A DNA stretch of 64,000 nucleotides from an uncultured Opitutaceae bacterium (lineage in GTDB: Bacteria > Verrucomicrobiota > Verrucomicrobiia > Opitutales > Opitutaceae), in contig CAZGJZ010000007.1 of NCBI GenBank assembly GCA_964525935.1, forward strand, positions 43,336 through 107,335. Reading direction: 5' to 3'. Both the position numbers and the translations under genes were made by a program. Of this stretch, positions 38,827-47,177 are shown piece by piece (positions within the stretch are counted from its first letter, which is position 1; every line of letters starts with the position of its first letter). The notes beneath the pieces were generated by a model. That model was given only the letters and a program-made list of their open reading frames with translations, was not told the origin of the DNA and made no database searches.

Positions 38827-39660
38827 TCACTTTGCCGCGGGATACGCCGCCTTGGCCGCCTTCTGGCGTTCCTTCCACGGATAACTGCGCGGCGTGGCCA
38901 GTGGCCTTTCGTAGGCCGAAGCCATCGCGATGTAGGCGCGGCGAAAATCGTCAGAATTATTCGGCGGCGTGTAGTGCAGCGTGCGGCCGTGGTGAAATGT
39001 GGCGCCGCCTGTGGGCAGTTCACAGGCCACCGCCGAACTGAAATCAAACGCGCCGGGCTCAACCTCGAGGCCGGGCGTCAGCGGGTTGTCGCCAATCGGG
39101 CGATGCGGAACGATCTCCAGCTTATGGGACTTGGGCACGAAGTGCATGCACCCGTTCACTTTCGTCGCCGGTTGCAGCGGAATCCACACGCTGAGGCTCG
39201 AATATTCCTTCGCCGGATCCCAATACGCCTCGTCCTGGTGCCACGGCGTCGCCGCCTGGTTGTGCGGCGGCTTGTTGATCGCGTGGTCGCCCACCATCTT
39301 CGTCGTCTCGCCGTGCAGCTGTTTCATCATCGCCTTCAGGTTGGCGACCATCTGCGTCTGCAGCAGCTCGGGCGCATACTTCGCCGGATTCAGGATCTGC
39401 GGAATGGAAATCTTCTTTCCGGCCTCCCGCGCGCCCGTCAGATCGTAAAGGTCACCGTCGGCCCGCTGGCTGTCTTCATTGAACAGCCGGTCGTAGATCG
39501 CCTTCACCGTCGCGACCTCGCCTTCCGGCATGATCGAATCGATCGAGAGATAGCCGTGCTCGCGATAAAACGCGATCTGCTCGGCCGTGAGCAGCTTCGT
39601 AGGCGCCAGCGTGGCGGGCGCACCATAGTTCGGAGGGGGCAGGGCCGTGTCAGGTTTCAT
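38827..39660 (-). CDS. phytanoyl-CoA dioxygenase (PhyH) family oxygenase, second copy
   Basis: ORF-track 38827..39792. ATG 39660 gives MKPDTALPPPNYGAP...LTAEQIAFYREHGYL. WHQDEAYW motif. Confidence 0.8.
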   Translation of the reverse strand: MKPDTALPPPNYGAPATLAPTKLLTAEQIAFYREHGYLSIDSIMPEGEVATVKAIYDRLFNEDSQRADGDLYDLTGAREAGKKISIPQILNPAKYAPELLQTQMVANLKAMMKQLHGETTKMVGDHAINKPPHNQAATPWHQDEAYWDPAKEYSSLSVWIPLQPATKVNGCMHFVPKSHKLEIVPHRPIGDNPLTPGLEVEPGAFDFSSAVACELPTGGATFHHGRTLHYTPPNNSDDFRRAYIAMASAYERPLATPRSYPWKERQKAAKAAYPAAK

Positions 39661-39703
39661 CGCTCGACACTTTACCGGATTCGGCAAAACGTGGCGTCCG
39701 ACA

Positions 39704-40606
39704 ATGTCGCCCAGCACAAAATCGAACACCCGGCCCCGTTTCCCCAGCGCCCGTGCCACCGGCCGTGTGGATCTTTTTCCCGCCGACATCAACCTGCCCG
39801 GCGTCCTCGAGATCGGCAGTTATCACCATCGCGCCGCCCACCGCGAACTCCGCGGCGTCGCTCACGCCGGCTGTTTCGGCATCTGCTACCTCTCCCGCGG
39901 CGTCCAGACCTACCGCATCGACGATGTCCCCTACCACCTGCAGGGCGGCGACCAGCTCGTCACCCTGCCCGGCGAATGCCTCGACACGGCCGAAGCGCCT
40001 GAGGAAAAGTCCCGCCTGCATTGGATTCTCCTGCGCATGCAGCCGCTCGACGCCCCCTTGCTCTTTCTCGAAACCCCGGCCGCCGTCGCCCTGCGTGAGG
40101 CGCTGCTCACGCTGCCGCAGCCGCATTTCCCTGCCCCGCGTGAAGCCAACGAACTGACCAGTGCAATTTTGAACACCTTCGCCCGCCCGCCCCGCGTCCT
40201 GGTCGATCGACTCGCCGCCGCCAGTCTCGTCTTGCGCTACATATTCGCCACCTTGCGAGCCAGCCGCGAAGGCACCGTCACCGGCATTTCACCCCGCATC
40301 CAGCGCAGCCTCGACTATATCACCACCCACGCCGCCGAGCCGCTCTATGTGCCGGAACTCGCCGCGCAGATCGGACTCTCCGAATCGCGCTTCAAGGTCC
40401 GCTTCCGCCGTGAAGTCGGCGTGCCGCCCGGCGAATTCATTTTGCGCATCAAAATCGAGTCCGCCTGCGCCCGGCTGCGTCGGCCCGGCGCAACGGTGAC
40501 CGCGGTCGCCCACGAACTGGGGTTTTCCAGCTCGCAGTATTTCGCCACCGCGTTCCGGCGTTTCACCCGCCTCACCCCAAGCGCTTATCAGGCCGCAAAG
40601 AGTTGA
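39704..40606 (+). CDS. AraC-family transcriptional regulator (divergent from the PhyH gene)
   Basis: ORF-track 39647..40606; ATG at 39704. C-terminal AraC HTH (VPELAAQIGLSESRFKVRFRREVGVPPGEF ... VAHELGFSSSQYFATAFRRFTRLTPSAY). Confidence 0.8.
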   Translation: MSPSTKSNTRPRFPSARATGRVDLFPADINLPGVLEIGSYHHRAAHRELRGVAHAGCFGICYLSRGVQTYRIDDVPYHLQGGDQLVTLPGECLDTAEAPEEKSRLHWILLRMQPLDAPLLFLETPAAVALREALLTLPQPHFPAPREANELTSAILNTFARPPRVLVDRLAAASLVLRYIFATLRASREGTVTGISPRIQRSLDYITTHAAEPLYVPELAAQIGLSESRFKVRFRREVGVPPGEFILRIKIESACARLRRPGATVTAVAHELGFSSSQYFATAFRRFTRLTPSAYQAAKS

Positions 40607-40615
40607 ACCAAGCAT

Positions 40616-40739
40616 GAACACGAATTCACACAAATGAATCCATGTGCCTAACCCCAGCGTCATCTGTTCGATCTATCCGTGTATTCCGTGCTATCCGTGG
40701 TTAGGAATTTCATTCGTGTGAATTCGTGTCCATTCGTGG
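40616..40739. repeat. word-built palindromic element (CACGAAT / ATCCGTG words)
   Basis: Left arm gaacacgaattcacacaaatgaatcc pairs with right arm ggaatttcattcgtgtgaattcgtgtcc. Inner cctaacc/ggttagg pairing. Internal words ccgtgtattccgtgctatccgtgg. Confidence 0.7.
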
Positions 40740-40752
40740 TTACTAAATCCCC

Positions 40753-41448
40753 ATGTCAAAAACTCCAATCCTTCTGCTCTGGGACATCGACGGCACCATC
40801 ATCGTTTCGCACGGCGCGGGCGTCCGCGCCATGGAACGCGCCGTCACGAAACGCTTCGGCGTGACGTGCGACCTGGGCGCCATCGATTGGGCCGGCCGCA
40901 CCGACAGCTGGATCACCGGCGAAGTCCTCCGCCACGTCCGCCTGCCCGACACTCCGGAAAACTCCCGGGCTTACCTGGACACCTATCTCGAACTCCTGCC
41001 CGGTGAACTGCGCAACGGTCCGCAAGGCCAGGTGCTCCCCGGCGTCACGGCGCTGCTCGAAAACGTCCACGGCCGCCGCGACATCGTGCAAGGCCTCCTC
41101 ACCGGCAATCTCCAACGCGGCGCCGAACTCAAACTCACCCACTACGGCGTCTGGCATTATTTCACGTTCGGCGCTTTCGCCGACGACAGCCCGCGTCGCA
41201 ACGATCTCGGTCCGCACGCCTTGCGCCGCGCCCAGAGCAAACACGGGGTCGCGTTCACGCCCGCCCGCACATGGATCATCGGCGACACGCCCCACGATAT
41301 TGAATGCGGCAAAGTCATCGGCGCCCAAACCATCGGCGTGGCCACCGGCAAATTTAGCGCCGCCGAGCTCGCCGCGCACCACCCCACTGCGCTTTTCGAA
41401 AACCTCAGCGACACCGCCGCATTCTTGCGCACGGTAGGCGCCGCGTAA
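40753..41448 (+). CDS. HAD-superfamily hydrolase (phosphoglycolate phosphatase-like)
   Basis: 231 aa. LLWDIDGTII (DxDGT) and IGDTPHDIECG motifs. Confidence 0.75.
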   Translation: MSKTPILLLWDIDGTIIVSHGAGVRAMERAVTKRFGVTCDLGAIDWAGRTDSWITGEVLRHVRLPDTPENSRAYLDTYLELLPGELRNGPQGQVLPGVTALLENVHGRRDIVQGLLTGNLQRGAELKLTHYGVWHYFTFGAFADDSPRRNDLGPHALRRAQSKHGVAFTPARTWIIGDTPHDIECGKVIGAQTIGVATGKFSAAELAAHHPTALFENLSDTAAFLRTVGAA

Positions 41449-41472
41449 TCAAGGCCGAGACCGGCCCGGGGC

Positions 41473-41895
41473 TTACTTCGACCGCGCCTCGACCGAAGTC
41501 ACGGCGCCGTTTTCGAAGATCACGCGCACGCGTTCGTCGTCGGCGCCATAGTTCGCCGTATTGACGCCGACGCCGGCACCGTAAGCGCTGGAGCCACCGT
41601 AGGAGCCCATGCCCAAGCCCAGCGAGAAGCCACCCTTTTTGCCAATGTAGGCCCACACCTCAGCGGTGCCACGTGCCGTCGTGCGCGTGTATTTGCGATC
41701 TGCCTCGCCCATGGCGACCAGCACTTGCGCGGTGGTGAAGCCCACGTCGATCTTTCCGGCGCGGATCTTTTGCTGCACGTCAGCCGGCCAGCTGTTGAAT
41801 TCCGACTGACTTTTGCTGATGCGGGAATCGAGGGAATTGCAGCCGGCGAGCAAGCCGAGCAGGAGCGCCGCGAGGATGACGAAAGGAGTTTTCAT
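41473..41895 (-). CDS. small lipoprotein (SmpA/OmlA-like, Gly-rich middle)
   Basis: ORF-track 41473..41922. ATG 41895 gives MKTPFVILAALLLGLLAGC (lipobox LAGC). Confidence 0.6.
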   Translation of the reverse strand: MKTPFVILAALLLGLLAGCNSLDSRISKSQSEFNSWPADVQQKIRAGKIDVGFTTAQVLVAMGEADRKYTRTTARGTAEVWAYIGKKGGFSLGLGMGSYGGSSAYGAGVGVNTANYGADDERVRVIFENGAVTSVEARSK

Positions 41896-41971
41896 GGTGG
41901 GGATTTTGTTTGCTGGGAGCAATCTGAGTGGGACTCAATGACAGCGCAATCCACCAAGGGTTCACTGCCAC

Positions 41972-42415
41972 ATGAAAACCTTCACCATCGCCATCGGTTC
42001 CGACCACGCCGGCTTTACCTATAAGGAAGCCATCAAGGCCATGCTCTTGGCCGAGGGCCACACCGTCCGCGACTTCGGCACGCACTCGACCGAGCGCTGC
42101 GATTACCCTGATTTTTGCTTTCCCGTCGCCCGCGCTGTCGCGGCCGGCGAAGTCGAGCGCGGCATCGTGCTCGGCGGTTCCGGCAATGGCGAGGCCATGG
42201 CCGCCAACCGCGTCAAGGGCGTGCGCTGCGGTGTGTGTTGGAGCGAACAGGTTGCCATCTGGAACCGCGCGCACAACGACGCCAACTGCCTCTCGCTCGG
42301 CGAACGCACCATCACGCAGGAAGAAGCCTTCAAGATCGTGCGCATCTGGCTCGCCACCGAGTTCGAAGGCGACCGCCACATCCCGCGCATCCGCAAGCTT
42401 GACAGCATGGCGTGA
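41972..42415 (+). CDS. rpiB: ribose-5-phosphate isomerase B
   Basis: 147 aa. IAIGSDHAGF and GIVLGGSGNGEAMAANR motifs. Confidence 0.9.
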   Translation: MKTFTIAIGSDHAGFTYKEAIKAMLLAEGHTVRDFGTHSTERCDYPDFCFPVARAVAAGEVERGIVLGGSGNGEAMAANRVKGVRCGVCWSEQVAIWNRAHNDANCLSLGERTITQEEAFKIVRIWLATEFEGDRHIPRIRKLDSMA

Positions 42416-42537
42416 GTTGGGAGCGCGGGCGGCCCGCCCCCCTCGCTCGGTCATTATTTGCCTTCCGGGAAAATCACCGGGGAGCCTTGATTTCACTTGG
42501 TGGTGAACCGTAACCCACTGCAACCCCACCCCTAGCC

Positions 42538-42978
42538 ATGACCTTTCGTGAAATGACTCCTGCCGATTTGCCGGACTCCTTTCTTATCCGGACTGCCGCC
42601 AAGGAAAATCCCTTCCCCATGGAATCTTTGATTGCCATCGGCATCACCGTGGAGTCGGTCACGCAATTACTCGCCACCACTCATCGCGGCTGGGTCTGCG
42701 AGATCTCCGGCCGTGTTGTCGGGTTTGCGATAGGTGACCGCAGCAGTGGCGAAGTTTGGGTGATTGCGGTGCGGCAAGAACACGAGGGCAAAGGCATCGG
42801 CCGGCGCTTGATGCTGCTCACGCAGGAGTGGCTGTGGAGCGAAGGGTCAACCAAGCTTTGGCTCGTCACCGGTGTCGCGCCCAGCCGGGCTTTTCACCTG
42901 TATTCCAAGTTGGGCTGGCAAGACTGCGGCCCCGTCGACGATGGCGTTAATCGCCGGATGGAACTCACCCGTCCCTAA
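42538..42978 (+). CDS. GNAT-family N-acetyltransferase
   Basis: 146 aa. VIAVRQEHEGKGIGRRLM (Q/RxxGxG/A acetyl-CoA loop). Confidence 0.75.
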   Translation: MTFREMTPADLPDSFLIRTAAKENPFPMESLIAIGITVESVTQLLATTHRGWVCEISGRVVGFAIGDRSSGEVWVIAVRQEHEGKGIGRRLMLLTQEWLWSEGSTKLWLVTGVAPSRAFHLYSKLGWQDCGPVDDGVNRRMELTRP

Positions 42979-43092
42979 CTCGGGCCGATCAAACCGTATC
43001 GCACTGCGACCTCGCTGCCCCTGCGCTTTCGCCCGAACACCCCGGCCGATAATCAAGCCAGCCACAAATCGTTAGAATCAAATGACCAAGCC

Positions 43093-43121
43093 AAGTTTGT
43101 AACCTAATAGGTTACAAACTT
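43093..43121. promoter_or_regulatory. 29-bp perfect palindrome upstream of marR (candidate MarR operator)
   Basis: aagtttgtaacc-taata-ggttacaaactt. A TTGACA hexamer lies about 45 nt downstream. Confidence 0.55.
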
Positions 43122-43204
43122 GTCCACTCGTATGGTTTCTTGTGTCTGATCTTGGTAAAAATAGTTTGACATCAAACCAATCATCATTTTGATCTCAAAA
43201 CGTA

Positions 43205-43714
43205 ATGGGAACACACTACCAAGGCACCACCGCTGAAGTCGCCGCCCTCAACGCCTATATCAAACTGATGCGGGCGTCCGAGTCCGTGACAGCGCGTTCC
43301 CATGCCATCCTGCCCAAGGGCATCACACTCTCGCAGTTCGGCGTCCTCGAAGCCCTCTTGCACCGCGGCCCACTTTGCCAGGGCGAACTCGCCGGCAAGC
43401 TCCTCCGCAGCGGCGGCAACGTCACCCTCATTGTCGACAACCTCGAAAAGGCCGGCCACGTCGTCCGCGAGCGTAATCCCGACGATCGCCGCTTCATCAC
43501 CGTCTCACTCACGCCCTCGGGCCGCACGTTCATCGAGGAACTTTTTCCGAAGGTCGCCGCCAGCATCACCCGCGAATTCTCCGCCCTCACCACCGCCGAG
43601 CAATTCACACTCGGATGGCTCTGCCGCAAACTCGGCGCGGCGAGCGCTTCGCCAGCCGCAACGTCCCAGGAAGATGAACCCAACGTCTCCTCTTCATCCT
43701 CCTCCGTTTCCTAA
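43205..43714 (+). CDS. MarR-family transcriptional regulator
   Basis: 169 aa. Winged-helix core (ITLSQFGVLEALLHRGPLCQGELAGKLLRSGGNVTLIVDNLEKAGHVVRERNPDDRR). Confidence 0.85.
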   Translation: MGTHYQGTTAEVAALNAYIKLMRASESVTARSHAILPKGITLSQFGVLEALLHRGPLCQGELAGKLLRSGGNVTLIVDNLEKAGHVVRERNPDDRRFITVSLTPSGRTFIEELFPKVAASITREFSALTTAEQFTLGWLCRKLGAASASPAATSQEDEPNVSSSSSSVS

Positions 43715-43793
43715 CCGAGCAGCCTTTATTTTCCACCAATACTTCAAGTTCAAATTATCATCCGCCACTCCTCCCAACTCCCACTTTCACATC

Positions 43794-44237
43794 ATGAAAA
43801 ACCAAATCGCCAAGGTCCTCTCCACTAACAGCGCCAACTGGTCCCCAGTTGCGCTCCGCCTCGTGCTCGGCATCACCATGACCGCCCACGGCGCCCAGAA
43901 ACTCTTCGGCTGGTTCGGCGGCTACGGCCTCGAAGGCACCGCCGGTTTCTTCGCCAGCCAACTCCACCTCACGCCCGGTCTCTTTTGGGCCACGCTCGCC
44001 GGCAGCGGTGAATTCTTTGGTGGCCTGCTGCTGATCCTGGGCCTCGCCACGCGCCTCGCCGCGGCCAACACCGCCATCGTCATGCTCGTCGCGATCACCA
44101 CTGTGCACTCCGGCGGCTTCTTCGCGCCGAATGGCATGGAGTTCCCGCTGAGCCTGCTCGCGATGTCCATCGCACTCATCATCTCCGGCGGCGGCGCCCT
44201 CTCCGCCGACACCCGCCTCGCCCGCACCACCACTTAA
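43794..44237 (+). CDS. DoxX-family membrane protein
   Basis: ORF-track 43302..44237; ATG at 43794. LRLVLGITMTAHGAQKLFGWFGGYGL is typical of DoxX; four TM segments. Confidence 0.8.
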   Translation: MKNQIAKVLSTNSANWSPVALRLVLGITMTAHGAQKLFGWFGGYGLEGTAGFFASQLHLTPGLFWATLAGSGEFFGGLLLILGLATRLAAANTAIVMLVAITTVHSGGFFAPNGMEFPLSLLAMSIALIISGGGALSADTRLARTTT

Positions 44238-44247
44238 CCCAATCACT

Positions 44248-44270
44248 TTTGTAGTTTAATAGACTACAAA
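44248..44270. promoter_or_regulatory. second related palindrome upstream of the dioxygenase gene (candidate MarR operator)
   Basis: tttgtagt-ttaatag-actacaaa. Shares the TTTGTAnn-N7-nnTACAAA architecture with 43093..43121. Confidence 0.5.
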
Positions 44271-44287
44271 CTCCCGCACTCACTCCC

Positions 44288-45217
44288 ATGAATCTCCTCG
44301 GCCTCCATCACATCACCGCCATGGCCTCCGACGCGCGCGCCAATGTCGATTTCTACACCCGCGTGCTTGGCCTGCGCTTCGTCAAAAAGTCCGTCAATCA
44401 GGACGATCCCGGCACTTACCACCTCTACTACGGTGACTACGCCGGCTCGCCCGGCACGATCCTTACGTTCTTCCCATGGGCGGGATTGCGCCGCGGCCGG
44501 CCCGGCACCGGCCAAGCTTACGCGACCGCCTATTCCATCGCGACCGACGCCCTGCCCTACTGGCAGGAACGCCTCACCCGCCTCGGTGTGAAGACCGAGC
44601 CCGTCACTACGCGTTTCGCCGACAAGGTGCTCACGCTCTTCGATCCCGATGGCCTTCGCATCGAACTCGTCGCCACCGCCGAAGTCGATCAACGCGCCCC
44701 CGCACCGTCCAACGACGTGCCCGCCGCGCACGCCATCCGCGGTTTTCACAGCAGCACGCTCGGACTCGTTGACGCCAAGCCTACCGCCACCGTCCTCACG
44801 CAAACGATGGGCTACCGCGAAGTCGCACAGGAAACCCACCGCACGCGTTACACCGTGGCCGGCGGCGGGCCCGGCACCTATGTGGACCTGCTCACCGATC
44901 CCGCCCTGCCCCGCGGTCTCAACGGCGCCGGCACGATCCATCACGTCGCATTCCGCACCGCCGACGACGCCGGCCACGTGCAGGCGCACACCGAGGTAAC
45001 CCGCAGCGGACTGCACATCAGCCCGGTCATCGACCGCGCCTACTTCAAGTCCATCTACTACCGCGAACCCGCCGGCGTGCTCTTCGAAATCGCCACCGAC
45101 CAACCCGGTTTCGCCATCGACGAACCCGTGGAAACGCTCGGCACCAAGCTCGGCCTGCCCCCGCACCTCGAGCCGCACCGCGCCGAAATCGAAGCCGCGC
45201 TGCCCAAGCTGAACTAA
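44288..45217 (+). CDS. two-domain VOC/glyoxalase-fold ring-cleaving dioxygenase (MhqO/MhqA-like)
   Basis: 309 aa. LHHITAMASDARANVDFYTRVLGLRFVKKSVNQDDPGTYHLYYGD, and a second-module HHVAFR motif. Confidence 0.8.
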   Translation: MNLLGLHHITAMASDARANVDFYTRVLGLRFVKKSVNQDDPGTYHLYYGDYAGSPGTILTFFPWAGLRRGRPGTGQAYATAYSIATDALPYWQERLTRLGVKTEPVTTRFADKVLTLFDPDGLRIELVATAEVDQRAPAPSNDVPAAHAIRGFHSSTLGLVDAKPTATVLTQTMGYREVAQETHRTRYTVAGGGPGTYVDLLTDPALPRGLNGAGTIHHVAFRTADDAGHVQAHTEVTRSGLHISPVIDRAYFKSIYYREPAGVLFEIATDQPGFAIDEPVETLGTKLGLPPHLEPHRAEIEAALPKLN

Positions 45218-45221
45218 GTCA

Positions 45222-45310
45222 GCCACGGAGGCACGGAGACGCGGAGCCAACCACAAACCAAAGGCGACGAACCTCGTCTTTCTTTCTCCGTGCCTCCGCG
45301 TCTCCGTGGC
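45222..45310. repeat. word-built palindromic element (CACGGAG words)
   Basis: Left arm gccacggaggcacggagacgcggag; right arm ctccgtgcctccgcgtctccgtggc. The words are complementary but two are swapped in order. The loop contains a small hairpin. Confidence 0.7.
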
Positions 45311-45337
45311 CAACCCATTAACATCACCGCCACCGCC

Positions 45338-45955
45338 ATGAACCTCTCCTACCATCACCTCTTCGAACCAGGCACCAACCCCTCGGCACCGCCGCTGCTT
45401 CTCCTCCACGGCACCGGTGGCAACGAGCACGATCTCGTGCCGCTCGCCCGGCAACTCTCACCCGGTTCCGCCCTGCTGAGTCCGCGCGGCGACGTCAGCG
45501 AACACGGCGCACGCCGCTTCTTCGCCCGCCTCGCCGAGGGCGTGTTCGATCCAGCCGAGGTCACGCGCCGCACGCACGCGTTGGCGGACTTCATCACCGC
45601 CGTGACCGCGCACCATGGCCTCGACGCCACCCGCCTCGTCGCCGTCGGCTTTTCCAACGGCGCCAACATCGCCGCCACGTTGTTGCAGCTCCGGCCCGAG
45701 ACCCTCGCCGGCGCCGTCCTCCTTCGCCCGATGGTCGTCCTCGATCAACCGGCGACCGCTCATTCGCTCACCGGCAAACGCGTCCTGCTCGCCAACGGCA
45801 CCCAGGATCCGATCGTGCCCAACGATCACCCGCCACGCCTCGCCGCTCTCCTCCGCGCCGGCGGCGCCGATGTGACCTTGCACACCGCGCCAGCCGGCCA
45901 CGGACTCACGGCAGGGGATATCGCCGCGGCGGCTAAATTTCTAACCGCACGCTGA
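45338..45955 (+). CDS. alpha/beta-hydrolase, phospholipase/carboxylesterase family (MhqD-like)
   Basis: ORF-track 45290..45955; ATG at 45338. LLLLHGTGGNEHDL, and the nucleophile elbow GFSNGA. Confidence 0.8.
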   Translation: MNLSYHHLFEPGTNPSAPPLLLLHGTGGNEHDLVPLARQLSPGSALLSPRGDVSEHGARRFFARLAEGVFDPAEVTRRTHALADFITAVTAHHGLDATRLVAVGFSNGANIAATLLQLRPETLAGAVLLRPMVVLDQPATAHSLTGKRVLLANGTQDPIVPNDHPPRLAALLRAGGADVTLHTAPAGHGLTAGDIAAAAKFLTAR

Positions 45956-46026
45956 CAAAGCGGCGCCCGTGAAAGCTCGGCGGCATTGCCCCTTGCCGCC
46001 CCCGTGGGCGCGCTTACTTTCGTCGC

Positions 46027-46374
46027 ATGGACGAAACTGACCCGCCGCCGCGCAAGTTCGCGCTCAAGGCCAAGTCTTTCGAGGTCGCCAACTCTCGCGA
46101 CACGCCCGCCGCGCCGTCTGTCCACGAAATCCTGGGCCAAAACCTTGCGGTCCAGAAAGCCATCGAGCCTGAAGTGCTCCCCGACCTCGTCGACCACCGC
46201 AACAATCGCCGGCGCGACTACTGGGTGCTCATGATCGGCGGCAATGTGCTCGGCTTGCTCGCATGGACTCTCCTGCACGCCAATCCCGCTTTTCTCGTTT
46301 TCCTGCTCTCCTTCGGCGTGGTCTTCAATATCGCCCTGCTCTGGATCATGTATGCCGTGATGAGCAAATACTGA
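46027..46374 (+). CDS. hypothetical small membrane protein
   Basis: 115 aa. Soluble N-terminal half followed by two hydrophobic segments. Confidence 0.45.
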   Translation: MDETDPPPRKFALKAKSFEVANSRDTPAAPSVHEILGQNLAVQKAIEPEVLPDLVDHRNNRRRDYWVLMIGGNVLGLLAWTLLHANPAFLVFLLSFGVVFNIALLWIMYAVMSKY

Positions 46375-46386
46375 ACCGCCCCTCCC

Positions 46387-47082
46387 ATGCGCCTCACCTC
46401 TTTCGGTCATTCCTGTTTCCTCGTCGAAGTCGCGTCAGCGCGGAAAGGCGTCCGCCTCGTCCTTGATCCTTATCTCAGCGAAAACCCGCACGGCGCCGTC
46501 GATCCCGCCACCGTGCCCTGCGACTACGTGCTCTGCACGCACGCGCACGACGACCACATTCTCAACGCCCTCGATCTCGCCCGCCTGCACGGCGCCACCA
46601 TCGTCGCGCCCTACGAACTCGCCGAGCACTTCGCCGCACAGGGCGCCGCCACCATCGACCTCATGCCCGGCGGCGGCATCGATTTTCCGTGGGGCCGCAT
46701 TCAGATGACGCCCGCGGTGCACAGCTCCGCCCTCGAACTGCCTCACGGCGAAAACCGCGCCATGGGCGTCGCGAGCGGTTTCCTTATCCAGGCCGGCGGC
46801 CGCACGCTCTATCACGCGGGTGACACCGCGCTTTTCGGTGACATGGCGCTCATCGGCCGCGGCGGACTCGACCTCGCGCTCATCCCGATCGGCGACCGCT
46901 ACACCATGGGACCCGCCGACGCGCTTGAGGCGCTCAACCTCCTCCGCCCGCGTCTCGCCGTGCCGATGCACTACAACACAACCAAGAAAATCCTCACCGA
47001 TCCGCAGGTCTTCGCCGCCCGCGCCGCCGCGGCCGGCCATACCGTTCGCGTGCTCGCCGCCCGCGAGTCACTCACCCTCTGA
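46387..47082 (+). CDS. UPF0173-type metallo-beta-lactamase-fold hydrolase
   Basis: 231 aa. MRLTSFGHSCFLVE and the CTHAHDDH motif. Confidence 0.8.
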   Translation: MRLTSFGHSCFLVEVASARKGVRLVLDPYLSENPHGAVDPATVPCDYVLCTHAHDDHILNALDLARLHGATIVAPYELAEHFAAQGAATIDLMPGGGIDFPWGRIQMTPAVHSSALELPHGENRAMGVASGFLIQAGGRTLYHAGDTALFGDMALIGRGGLDLALIPIGDRYTMGPADALEALNLLRPRLAVPMHYNTTKKILTDPQVFAARAAAAGHTVRVLAARESLTL

Positions 47083-47177
47083 GTGGTTGCAAGATTTTGG
47101 CGCAAAAATCGCCCGATGCGCCGCTTGTGCGCAGGCTTGCCCGCCGCGATTTGCCCGCCCAACGTCAGGGCTTGGAC

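Noticed and set aside
41449-41472. Small GC hairpin (ggccg-aga-cggcc) between the convergent HAD and lipoprotein genes; possible terminator.
   Set aside because: The stem is only 5 bp with no flanking U/A tracts, so it was not reported as a terminator.
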